Source: Dehalococcoidia bacterium
GTDB taxonomy: Bacteria > Chloroflexota > Dehalococcoidia > Plut-88900
Direction: 5' to 3'
Assembly: GCA_965207225.1 (NCBI GenBank)
Contig: CBDBLV010000002.1
Coordinates: 96,001-160,000 of the forward strand
DNA length: 64,000 bases
Position numbers and translations under genes: made by a program. This document shows positions 37,107-45,480 of the stretch, in pieces (within the stretch, counting starts at the first letter, position 1; each line of letters opens with the position of its first letter). The notes under the pieces are model-generated. The model was not told the origin of the DNA, made no database searches, and saw nothing but the letters and a program-made list of their open reading frames with translations.

Positions 37107-38261
37107 ATGACGACGGCAACCACAACGACCAACCCGACGAAGACGACGGAGACACGGACGGATGCGGCGACGCCCGCCGAGTGCAGGGGCAGGCCCGAGA
37201 GCGAACTCAGGTCTGCGGCCAGGAGAAAGGGTCTCACCGTGAAGGAGTTGGCGGCACTCATGGGGGTCAGCGCAAGCCACCTCTCCCAAGTCGGCACGGG
37301 CAGGAAGCCCTGGACCCCCAACCTGCGGGAGAAGGCAATCGCCGTGCTGGGAGAGGTCCCCGGACAGGGCATCGTCTACCGACAGAGCGAAGAGGTCACC
37401 TCCGAGAGTTCCTATATCCGGGAGACCGCACGCAGCCTCGGCATGACGATGCTGGAGCTCTCCGACCGGTCGGGCGTGAGTTACTCGTATCTCACCCAGG
37501 TCGCGAAGGGTCGCAGAACCATGGGCGTGAAGGCGCAGGCCCAGATCGAGTCTGTCCTGGGCGCACCGGCCAAGGTCGCCCCCGCCAATCTCGCCAACCG
37601 CCAGGGCGAGGTTGTGGACGACGACGCTAGCAACTTCATCCGCGAGGCTGCTCGCTCGCTCGGAATAAGCATGAAGGAGCTGGCCAAGATAGTCGGCGTG
37701 TCCGCAGGCTACCTGAGCCAGGTGGCGCGCGGCAAGCGGTGCATGGGGGTGAAGCTCCAAGCCAAGGTAGAGGCCGTGCTTGGAGGGCGTGCGAAGGTCG
37801 CGTCCGCCCAGTGCCCCGACGTAGACCGGCAGTTCATCTGGCAGCGGATGGACGAGTTGGACGTGAGCCAGAACGAGGTGGCACGGCGGGCGGGCATCAG
37901 CTCCGGCCACCTCTCCCAGATCATGAACGGCCAGCGCAGCCCGTCCGCCGTCGTCCTGCGCAAGCTGCACGGGGCGCTGTTTCAGCGGACCCAGGGGAAG
38001 GAGCGGGTGATGCCTGCCGCGCTCAAGGTTCTTGGCTGGAAGAAAGGAGAGCGCAGCGGGATGGTGGTGCACGGCGCTCGCGGAAGGGACGGCACGGCCA
38101 GGGGCGGCGCTGTGCGCGTCGGTGGGCGGGTGCCCTGGGGCGCGGAGGTGGAGTACGCGTTCCGCACCGGGTACGACGGCGCCGGGAAGGTGTCCGTGGA
38201 CCACGTGGTTGCGCCAAGCTACTCCGCTCTGCTCATGCAGCCGGAGGCGGGAGCCGCGTAG
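37107..38261 (+). CDS. Protein with four tandem XRE-type HTH domains and a C-terminal beta domain
   Basis: Four repeats of ELA..GVS.S(Y/H)LSQ(V/I)..G.R; AGGAG RBS. Confidence 0.88.
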   Translation: MTTATTTTNPTKTTETRTDAATPAECRGRPESELRSAARRKGLTVKELAALMGVSASHLSQVGTGRKPWTPNLREKAIAVLGEVPGQGIVYRQSEEVTSESSYIRETARSLGMTMLELSDRSGVSYSYLTQVAKGRRTMGVKAQAQIESVLGAPAKVAPANLANRQGEVVDDDASNFIREAARSLGISMKELAKIVGVSAGYLSQVARGKRCMGVKLQAKVEAVLGGRAKVASAQCPDVDRQFIWQRMDELDVSQNEVARRAGISSGHLSQIMNGQRSPSAVVLRKLHGALFQRTQGKERVMPAALKVLGWKKGERSGMVVHGARGRDGTARGGAVRVGGRVPWGAEVEYAFRTGYDGAGKVSVDHVVAPSYSALLMQPEAGAA

Positions 38262-38264
38262 TTT

Positions 38265-38309
38265 GCTAGAGAGGGAGGCTATCCATTCGGATGAGCCTCC
38301 CTCTCTAGC
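38265..38309. terminator. 16-bp perfect stem-loop between convergent genes
   Basis: GCTAGAGAGGGAGGCT...AGCCTCCCTCTCTAGC. Confidence 0.7.
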
Positions 38310-38345
38310 GGCATGTATGCCGCCCACTTCCTCCGTAGGTAACAC

Positions 38346-41306
38346 TCACTGCGACGGCGAACGATGGTAGATGCGCTCCAGCGGCGAAATCATGCCGTTT
38401 GCGGGGAAGCTCCATTCGAAGAAGTCCCGGTTGTCTACGGCGTGCACGATGACCTTCTGGAACTTCTCCAGCAGGCCGGGGGATGCCGAATACCCCACGA
38501 GCAACTCATACAGGTCATGCAAGGGGTATGGGATAGTCGTATGTTCGAGGAATGCCTCGAACGCCTCGCTGAAGTCCCCAAAGGCGACGCAGGAGTACAC
38601 GTAGTTCGCCTGGGCCACCCTGTCCCTCGTCTGGTTGTCCCGCGAATACTCGTAGTGCGTCCTGCGAAGGTTGACGCGCTCGATGAGCGCCTCTTCCAGG
38701 GTGTCGTTCGATGCAAGGATGCGGTGGTACTGCTTCGCCTCGCTGGTCTCCCAGTGCTTCTCCGGTGTCCATTCATCCATCGAATACCCGCCGTTGGGCA
38801 GGTCGGATGCCACGTAGTAGCGGGCGTGCTTGCAGAAGTTGGCCAGGTCCTCGTAGCCGCCCTTGTTGCACGGCCCGCCCATGTCGATGACTCCCAGGGG
38901 CCTGCCCAAGTGCCGTGTCCACGACGCGAGAAAAGCATCTGCGTCAGCGTTCTTCACCTGCGTTGCGAAGAGGTCGCCGCCGGGGCCGCCATGGCCGCTG
39001 AACATGAAGTGATGCTCCCCCTGAGGATGGCGTTCCACTAGCACCGCTGCGAAGTCCTCGAACGCGCTCCGCAGAAAGTCGCTCCGTTCATCCGACGACT
39101 CCTCCGGCATCCCCGTGCGGACGCTCAAGGAGTACTGCTCCCGGTAGGCGATCACATCGTCCTTGGACACTCCTCCTGATACGCCGTAGAGCGGATCGTA
39201 GTCGTTGGGGAATGCGTAGAGGTGAACGGAGCCCATCTCCTCCCATATCGCCGCTTCGTAATACCGGAGCGTTGCACTCTCCTTCTGCGGCACCGCCTGC
39301 GTCCAGCCGCCTGGATTGGAGAACGGCACCCAGTCCTTCGTAACCAGCACGACCCTCAAGAACACGTGCGGTTGCATGGAGTAGGCGGACGTGGGAGTAT
39401 TGGCCGGCGTCGGCTCAGGTGTGGGCGTAGCCGCTGGCGTGGCGGCGCTGGCGGGAACTACCGTCAAAGTGTAGGACCCTGTGGCCCCGATGCCCTCTAC
39501 AAGAACGTAGTACCACCCCGAGCTAGGCGCAACCCACGTAACCCGAGACCCTTGGGCATCCCAATTGTCGTCGCTCCATGTCTCCACATCCCACGAGGAG
39601 TTGTAAAGGGTAAGCCCGGAACTCTCCAGGGTCCCGTGGTCTACCCTTACTTCGTAGCTCTGGCCCTCCTCGGCCTGAAATCGGAAGTAGTCTAGGTCGT
39701 AGTCATTGTCCATTTTCCCTTCGACGCTCTCGCCGGGGTCTACAGTGGTGGCATTCTCGAGATAGTCTCCATGGTCGTCCCCACCGAACACGTTTTCGCC
39801 TTCCACCTCCGGCTCCCGAATGTCCACGGGTTGGTTATAGTCGGACAGAACCGTGACGGCCGTCATCTCCAGCATGATGGTGCTGTTGGTGATGGGGTCG
39901 TCCTCGGTTATCTCCATTTCAATCACGACCCTGCGCACGAGGCTGTCTTCGACCCCGATCCAGTATTCGACCTCACCCTCGCCGTTCCCGATGCTGGGGT
40001 CGTTCAGCATTTCGGCGAGGACCTCACCCGAAACGGGACCTCTCACACGGTAGACGCTCTCGCCGTCGAGTGTTTCCTCTCCTACCAGGACGAAGCCCTG
40101 GGCGACTTCCGGGCCGAAGTCGGTGCCGAATGCCCCGGCTGCCAGCAGTTCATTGCCGAAGGGCGTGGGCAGCTTGGGGAGGGCGGTCCATTCACCCGTG
40201 ATGAAGTCCGTCATGAAGGTCTTGTCGCCGATGGTGATCGCTTCGAACTCCACGGTGACGCCGCCAGCGTTGAAACTGAGCTCCGCCTGGTTGCGGTCCG
40301 GGACCTGGAAGTCACCCACGACGCTCATCGCCATGTCCACCGTCTCGTTCGCCTGCGTCAGCTTGACGGCGATGTCCACCTCCCCGTGGCCGGACTCGAC
40401 GTTCTTCATGGCTGCGGTCGTGGCGTCCAACAATTCCTGCGCGGATGGAGGCTCAGGGGTGGGAGTCGGTGTTGGACTCGGCTCGGGAGTAGGCGTGGCT
40501 GTGGGAGATGGTGCAGGCGTGGCGGTCGGCGATGACACAGAGGACGACACCGAGGTTCCGCCGAATGTCGCTGCGTCCTCGCCCACCCATTTGACGATGA
40601 GGGCATCCAGCGCCCCGTCGGCCTTCATGAACGCTAAGGCAGAGTTCAGCTTCGCCAGCAGGTCGTTGTTGTTGCGCACGCCCATGCCGATCCCCCGGTC
40701 CAGCAGCACGGATGGGCCGACGACGGCCAGTCGTCCCTCGTACTCCGAGAGCTTGTCCACGGCGTAGGCGTGGTCCACCAGCATCGCGTCGATGTCGCCA
40801 TTCAGGAGGGCCGCCAACCGGTCGTCCTCGTCGCTGAACTCTATGTACGCGATGCCCCGTTCCGTAAAGTAGTCCGAGTAGATGGTGCTGGCGTAGGCCC
40901 CTAGCCGCCCCTCGACGGCCTCATCACCCGCGCCCGCCACCGCGAGGTAGACAGACGGTGTGGGAGGGTAGTAGGGCTCGGTGAAGTCGATGGTCATGTC
41001 TCGTTTGTCGGTGATGCTCATACCGGCCATGATGGCGTCGAACTCCCCCGCCACCAGGTCTGGGATCATGCTCTCCCAGTCATTGAGCACCCACTCGCAT
41101 TCAAGCTCGGCCCGGCGGCACAACTCGTCGCCGAGCTCGCGCTCCAACCCGTCGATCTCGCCGTCGTCGTTGATGAAGTTGAAGGGATGGTAATCGCCCT
41201 CGGTGGCGAGGCGAACCGGCTCTGTGCCGTCTCCGCACGAGAGAAGGCACACCGTCAGGACCATGGCCGCTGCCAATGCTACTGTTTGCCTAATCCAGCC
41301 CATCAC
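38346..41306 (-). CDS. Multidomain lipoprotein: amino-acid ABC substrate-binding + LppX/LprG-like + PPC + clostripain-like domain
   Basis: LLSC lipobox; ATEGDYHPFN..W..MIPDL..FD.IMAGMSIT; PT linkers; DDHGD..DLDYFRF; SGHGG..MGGPC. Confidence 0.8.
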   Translation of the reverse strand: MMGWIRQTVALAAAMVLTVCLLSCGDGTEPVRLATEGDYHPFNFINDDGEIDGLERELGDELCRRAELECEWVLNDWESMIPDLVAGEFDAIMAGMSITDKRDMTIDFTEPYYPPTPSVYLAVAGAGDEAVEGRLGAYASTIYSDYFTERGIAYIEFSDEDDRLAALLNGDIDAMLVDHAYAVDKLSEYEGRLAVVGPSVLLDRGIGMGVRNNNDLLAKLNSALAFMKADGALDALIVKWVGEDAATFGGTSVSSSVSSPTATPAPSPTATPTPEPSPTPTPTPEPPSAQELLDATTAAMKNVESGHGEVDIAVKLTQANETVDMAMSVVGDFQVPDRNQAELSFNAGGVTVEFEAITIGDKTFMTDFITGEWTALPKLPTPFGNELLAAGAFGTDFGPEVAQGFVLVGEETLDGESVYRVRGPVSGEVLAEMLNDPSIGNGEGEVEYWIGVEDSLVRRVVIEMEITEDDPITNSTIMLEMTAVTVLSDYNQPVDIREPEVEGENVFGGDDHGDYLENATTVDPGESVEGKMDNDYDLDYFRFQAEEGQSYEVRVDHGTLESSGLTLYNSSWDVETWSDDNWDAQGSRVTWVAPSSGWYYVLVEGIGATGSYTLTVVPASAATPAATPTPEPTPANTPTSAYSMQPHVFLRVVLVTKDWVPFSNPGGWTQAVPQKESATLRYYEAAIWEEMGSVHLYAFPNDYDPLYGVSGGVSKDDVIAYREQYSLSVRTGMPEESSDERSDFLRSAFEDFAAVLVERHPQGEHHFMFSGHGGPGGDLFATQVKNADADAFLASWTRHLGRPLGVIDMGGPCNKGGYEDLANFCKHARYYVASDLPNGGYSMDEWTPEKHWETSEAKQYHRILASNDTLEEALIERVNLRRTHYEYSRDNQTRDRVAQANYVYSCVAFGDFSEAFEAFLEHTTIPYPLHDLYELLVGYSASPGLLEKFQKVIVHAVDNRDFFEWSFPANGMISPLERIYHRSPSQ

Positions 41307-41479
41307 TTGCCGTCCAAGGCCAATTACCGAAGCTCATTGCTCATCCCTGCTCATCCCCCGTCTCTTCCAAATCGTATCTTGGATTTGGTATGTAACAATC
41401 ATTTCACCGAGGTGCGGCATACCAGCTAGGGTTGTGGCACCTCCAATTGGAAACACTGAGCTGGATTGGGAAAAGCTCC

Positions 41480-42349
41480 TTACTGCGCGAGCTTGGATCG
41501 GATGCCTTCCTCAAACTCGTTCAGAGTAACGGGGGAGCCACCCGTCAGTCCCTCGGTAGCCCTCTCAAGTGTAGTGACGTGGACGCTATCCCTCACGAGT
41601 TTGAAGTGCCCGCTGGCGTGGTCTTCCTCGAAGTCTACGGTGAACCATGCTATGTCTCCGCTCGATAGGTCTCCGACCTCTTCCATGCGCCCCAGGGACT
41701 CGTAGAAGTGCTTGTCTACCACTACCACCATCTTCTTGCCCCATCGACGGAGCGTAGGCACCTTGATCTGCAACTGGGGCATCAGACGCTTCGGACCACT
41801 ACTCCGGTAGTCGGGTCGTCGCGTCTGGCCTGGGAAGGGCGGCTGATCACCCGCGTAGTTTCTAATGTTTCTGAATTCTTCCCCCATGCTCCTACCGGAA
41901 AAGTAAACGGCTTGAATCTCCAGGGCGCACCAATTAAGTGCTGTTGTTCCGTCTTCCTGATTCGCCAGAACCATGTCTATCCGGCCTACGTGCGTGTTTC
42001 CATCCTCGGATTTGAGGAAGCCCACCTCGCTGGCTATGGCGGGCGATGAAGTACCCAAAACCACCTCACCTACCCATCGAAAGATGGTCATATCCTCCTC
42101 AAATCGCCGGGGACACAGAACCCTCAATCCGGCCTCAGTGCCCGATACTGGAGTAGCAACGCCATCATCGTCTTCGTATAGCCTGAACGAACAGACCCCA
42201 CCGATCTTCGTGCATGATCCCCCACCCATCCGAAAGGGGCATGGCCGGGAACCGGTCCCGGCGGCATATGCCCGGCGTTCGTCCCGCGTCAGCCCGACGA
42301 ATGAATGTCCGTACCATTCTCCTATGCCGAAGCGTCGAGGTTGAGTCAT
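41480..42349 (-). CDS. NotI-family type II restriction endonuclease
   Basis: CPF..C.K.GGVCS..CP.RF Cys cluster, GRIDMVL..ALEIQAVYFSG, RPDYRSSGPKRL.PQL. Confidence 0.85.
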   Translation of the reverse strand: MTQPRRFGIGEWYGHSFVGLTRDERRAYAAGTGSRPCPFRMGGGSCTKIGGVCSFRLYEDDDGVATPVSGTEAGLRVLCPRRFEEDMTIFRWVGEVVLGTSSPAIASEVGFLKSEDGNTHVGRIDMVLANQEDGTTALNWCALEIQAVYFSGRSMGEEFRNIRNYAGDQPPFPGQTRRPDYRSSGPKRLMPQLQIKVPTLRRWGKKMVVVVDKHFYESLGRMEEVGDLSSGDIAWFTVDFEEDHASGHFKLVRDSVHVTTLERATEGLTGGSPVTLNEFEEGIRSKLAQ

Positions 42350-43323
42350 GACGTCAGCTCGTGCGACGTGATTAGCAACTCGTACATCACTGCATGGTGG
42401 GTGTTCTTCATTGCGACCTTGGCCACATGGAATCCTCGCCTGCGCGCCATCTCGATCACGTCGGAACTCTCGTCGTAGGTCATCATGAAGACGCCTCGTA
42501 CCTGTGACATCCGCTTGAACAGTTCCTCGTGGTCGATTTCGTTGTACGTGTACAGTCGCCTCCCCGCCTGCTTACCGGCGGCGGTGTAGGGAGGATCAAT
42601 GAAGAATGCGGTTGCCTCGTTGTACTTGCAGAGTTCCACGAGGCTCACACCATCCCCTTGGAAAAAGTCAAACCGGTCTGCATAGTTCCCGATTGCGCGG
42701 ATACGTGCGGCCAAGGTGTCGGCGTACCAGCGAGAGGAGATCCCATGCCCGTTCTCTCCCTCCTTCATCACCGAGGCACCCTTGGCTAGGATGCCGCCCC
42801 GACTTACTCTGTTCCGCAACAGGGTGCGAAATGCGGCGTCCATACCGCACATCCCCGCATCCGCGAATACCTTGCTCACGTTCTCAGGAGTTGCTTCGAA
42901 ACCCTGCACGCGCTGCGCCAATTCCTCGGCGTCGTCGAGCATGCACTGCCACAGATTGGATATGTCCGGGTCCCTCTCGCAGAGCACTGCACGGTCCACG
43001 TAGTCGTCCATGACTGCCGTTAGGGATGCGATCCCGCCACCGGCGAACGGCTCGACGAATACCTCTGGGCGAAAGTCGAGGCCGTCAAGGTACTTCCTGA
43101 TTTCGGGCACGAGCCACGTCTTACCGCCTGGGTAGCGCAGGGGACTCCGCTGCGGGACTGACGCAACGTTTACCGCTTTGTCGGATAGAACCGGAATAAC
43201 TTGCGCGAACTCCGATTTTGTACAGACTGCGGCAATTGCGCCCTTCAATTCGGTCGTGGCGTTCGTTGGCGACAACCTGGCGCTTTGGTTTACTGTCGAC
43301 CTATTTGTTGGGGTCACTGTCAT
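42346..43323 (-). CDS. Dam-like (D12 class) N6-adenine DNA methyltransferase
   Basis: SPLRYPGGK, EPFAGGG, FIDPPY. Confidence 0.92.
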   Translation of the reverse strand: MTVTPTNRSTVNQSARLSPTNATTELKGAIAAVCTKSEFAQVIPVLSDKAVNVASVPQRSPLRYPGGKTWLVPEIRKYLDGLDFRPEVFVEPFAGGGIASLTAVMDDYVDRAVLCERDPDISNLWQCMLDDAEELAQRVQGFEATPENVSKVFADAGMCGMDAAFRTLLRNRVSRGGILAKGASVMKEGENGHGISSRWYADTLAARIRAIGNYADRFDFFQGDGVSLVELCKYNEATAFFIDPPYTAAGKQAGRRLYTYNEIDHEELFKRMSQVRGVFMMTYDESSDVIEMARRRGFHVAKVAMKNTHHAVMYELLITSHELTS

Positions 43324-43547
43324 TGGCGGTGAATACCCTCTCCAGCAATATGGGCAACATATCTGTGTGCCATCCTCAACTTACTAGAATCTATCTTGTC
43401 TGGCCTCCAACGGTAGTGCGGGTCCCTGCAAGTCAGTCAGCTTGTGCCACCCCTCAGCAGGTGTCTCCATGGCCTTTCTAAGGATGGCAATCAACTCTTG
43501 GCATCCATCTACGTCTTAGGAACCTCTCAGAGTTCTTTCCCACTCTA

Positions 43548-43934
43548 CTACGTCCTCGGCTGCTGGGTAGTCGATGGCGTCCATTGGCTCACCATGCTTC
43601 TATAGGCTGCTCTCACCATCTGGTCAATGGCGACGGCGGCCTCCTCGCTGAGGTGGGGGTCTGCGTGCAGGCAGGAGGAGATGACCGCCATCGGCTTCGG
43701 CTCTTGTCTGGCGACGGCGCTCTTGACGAAGCGGTCCACCTCCAGCCCCGACCAGGCGGCCAAGGCAGCCAGGCCGTTCACATCGGGGAGTCTGCCCTGG
43801 GCCATGCGGCTCAATGTGGAAGCGCTGATCCCGCACTCCTCCGCCACCTGCCTCCATGTGCATCGACGGGCCTGCCGCTCCGCGTCCAGGGCGGTGAAGA
43901 AGGCCCCTCCGTCGAAGCTCGCTGTCCTAGCCAT
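43548..43934 (-). CDS. XRE HTH regulator
   Basis: TWRQVAEECGISASTLSRMAQG..PD; start MARTAS at 43934 with GAGGAG RBS. Confidence 0.85.
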   Translation of the reverse strand: MARTASFDGGAFFTALDAERQARRCTWRQVAEECGISASTLSRMAQGRLPDVNGLAALAAWSGLEVDRFVKSAVARQEPKPMAVISSCLHADPHLSEEAAVAIDQMVRAAYRSMVSQWTPSTTQQPRT

Positions 43935-43993
43935 CGGTCTCTCCTCAGTGTCCCCGTCTACGGGACAATTCCCATCAACGACCGTGATGTTCT

Positions 43994-44020
43994 CTGGTTG
44001 TTTGATTATCGCAACTGTAT
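43994..44020 (+). repeat. 27-bp direct repeat, copy 1 (promoter/operator-like)
   Basis: CTGGTTGTTTGATTATCGCAACTGTAT, identical at 50315-50341. Confidence 0.9.
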
Positions 44021-44079
44021 AATGGCTTTGCAACATTCGTCAAAACTCAATCAGGTGTCTCGGTCCCACCATTTGAATC

Positions 44080-45480
44080 ATGTTACTCACCATCACGACG
44101 ACGCATCAACCGGCGACGGACCTGGGGTTCCTGCTGCACAAGAACCCCGGTCGATTCCAGTCGTTCAAGCTGTCTTTCGGCAGGGCCGACGTTTTCTATC
44201 CAGAGGCAGACATCCACCGTTGCACGGTGGCGCTTCTGTTGCACATCGACCCGGTGGGTCTGGTGCGCCCGAAGTCCGGGAACCCCAACGCCGGGGACTG
44301 GTTGGGGCAATACGTGAACGACCGTCCCTACGTGGCCTCATCGCACATGAGCGTGGCGATTGCCTCGGTGTTTGGCAGCGCGCTGGCGGGCAAGAGCGCT
44401 GAACGACCGGAACTTGCCGACTTGGTCATACCGCTGGAAGCCGATGTCCCCGTGATGCCCTCTGCGGATGGGCCGGACCTCATCAGGCGCTTGTTCGAGC
44501 CGCTGGGCTACGACCTTGACATCTCCAGTCAGCCGTTGGATGAGCGTTTCCCTGAGTGGGGACACGGCCCGTACTACGGCGTCCGCCTTTCGTCGAATAT
44601 CCGGCTCAGGGACCTGCTCGCCCATCTCTACGTGCTCTTGCCCGTCCTGGACGACGAAAAGCACTACTGGGTAGGCGACGACGAGGTGGCTAAGCTGCTG
44701 CGCTTCGGCGAGGTGTGGCTGGGCAGTCATCCTCTGCGGGAACTCATCTCGCGCTGCTACCTGAAGCATCAGCGCAGCCTGGTAAGCCAGGCGCTGGCCC
44801 AACTGTTGGACGCGGGGTCGGCTGACCCGGGCGTTGTGGCCGCAAGGCATGAACAGGAAGAGGAACAGCTCAAAGTGCCCCTTCGACTGGGTGAGCAGCG
44901 CATTCAGGCGGTGCTCAAGGCGCTCCGCGACATGGGAGCGGCCAGTGTGCTCGACCTCGGCTGCGGCGAGGGAAAGTTCATCGAGGCTCTACTCGGAGAG
45001 TCTTCGGTTCGTTCGATCACGGGTTTGGATGTCTCACACCGGGCTTTGGAAACGGCGGCCCGCCGGTTGCGCCTCGACACCCTGCCCCCGCGCCAGCGGG
45101 AGCGCATCACTCTCCTGCAAGGCTCCCTCACCTACAGGGACAAGCGCCTCGCGGGGCACGATGCCGCCGTCGCCATGGAGGTGATAGAGCACATCGACCC
45201 CACGCGGCTTGACGCCTTCGAGGACGCCGTTTTCGGGAATGCCAGGCCCGGCGCCGTCCTCATAACGACGCCGAATGCGGAGTACAACTCGCTGTTCGAA
45301 GGACTGGCCGGCGGCGCGTTCAGGCACGGAGACCATCGTTTCGAGTGGACACGAGGAGAATTCCAAGACTGGTCGCGGCAGGTTGCGGACCGCCGCAAGT
45401 ACGACGTGATCTTCCAGGACATCGGCCCCGTCCACCCAGCGCACGGAGCGCCGACCCAGATGGGGGTCTTCACGCGATGA
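44080..45480 (+). CDS. hen1: 3'-terminal RNA 2'-O-methyltransferase Hen1
   Basis: MLLTITTTH.PATDLGFLLHKNP, YVNDRPY, LDLGCGEG, EVIEH, TTPN.EYN, RH.DHRFEW. Confidence 0.96.
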   Translation: MLLTITTTHQPATDLGFLLHKNPGRFQSFKLSFGRADVFYPEADIHRCTVALLLHIDPVGLVRPKSGNPNAGDWLGQYVNDRPYVASSHMSVAIASVFGSALAGKSAERPELADLVIPLEADVPVMPSADGPDLIRRLFEPLGYDLDISSQPLDERFPEWGHGPYYGVRLSSNIRLRDLLAHLYVLLPVLDDEKHYWVGDDEVAKLLRFGEVWLGSHPLRELISRCYLKHQRSLVSQALAQLLDAGSADPGVVAARHEQEEEQLKVPLRLGEQRIQAVLKALRDMGAASVLDLGCGEGKFIEALLGESSVRSITGLDVSHRALETAARRLRLDTLPPRQRERITLLQGSLTYRDKRLAGHDAAVAMEVIEHIDPTRLDAFEDAVFGNARPGAVLITTPNAEYNSLFEGLAGGAFRHGDHRFEWTRGEFQDWSRQVADRRKYDVIFQDIGPVHPAHGAPTQMGVFTR

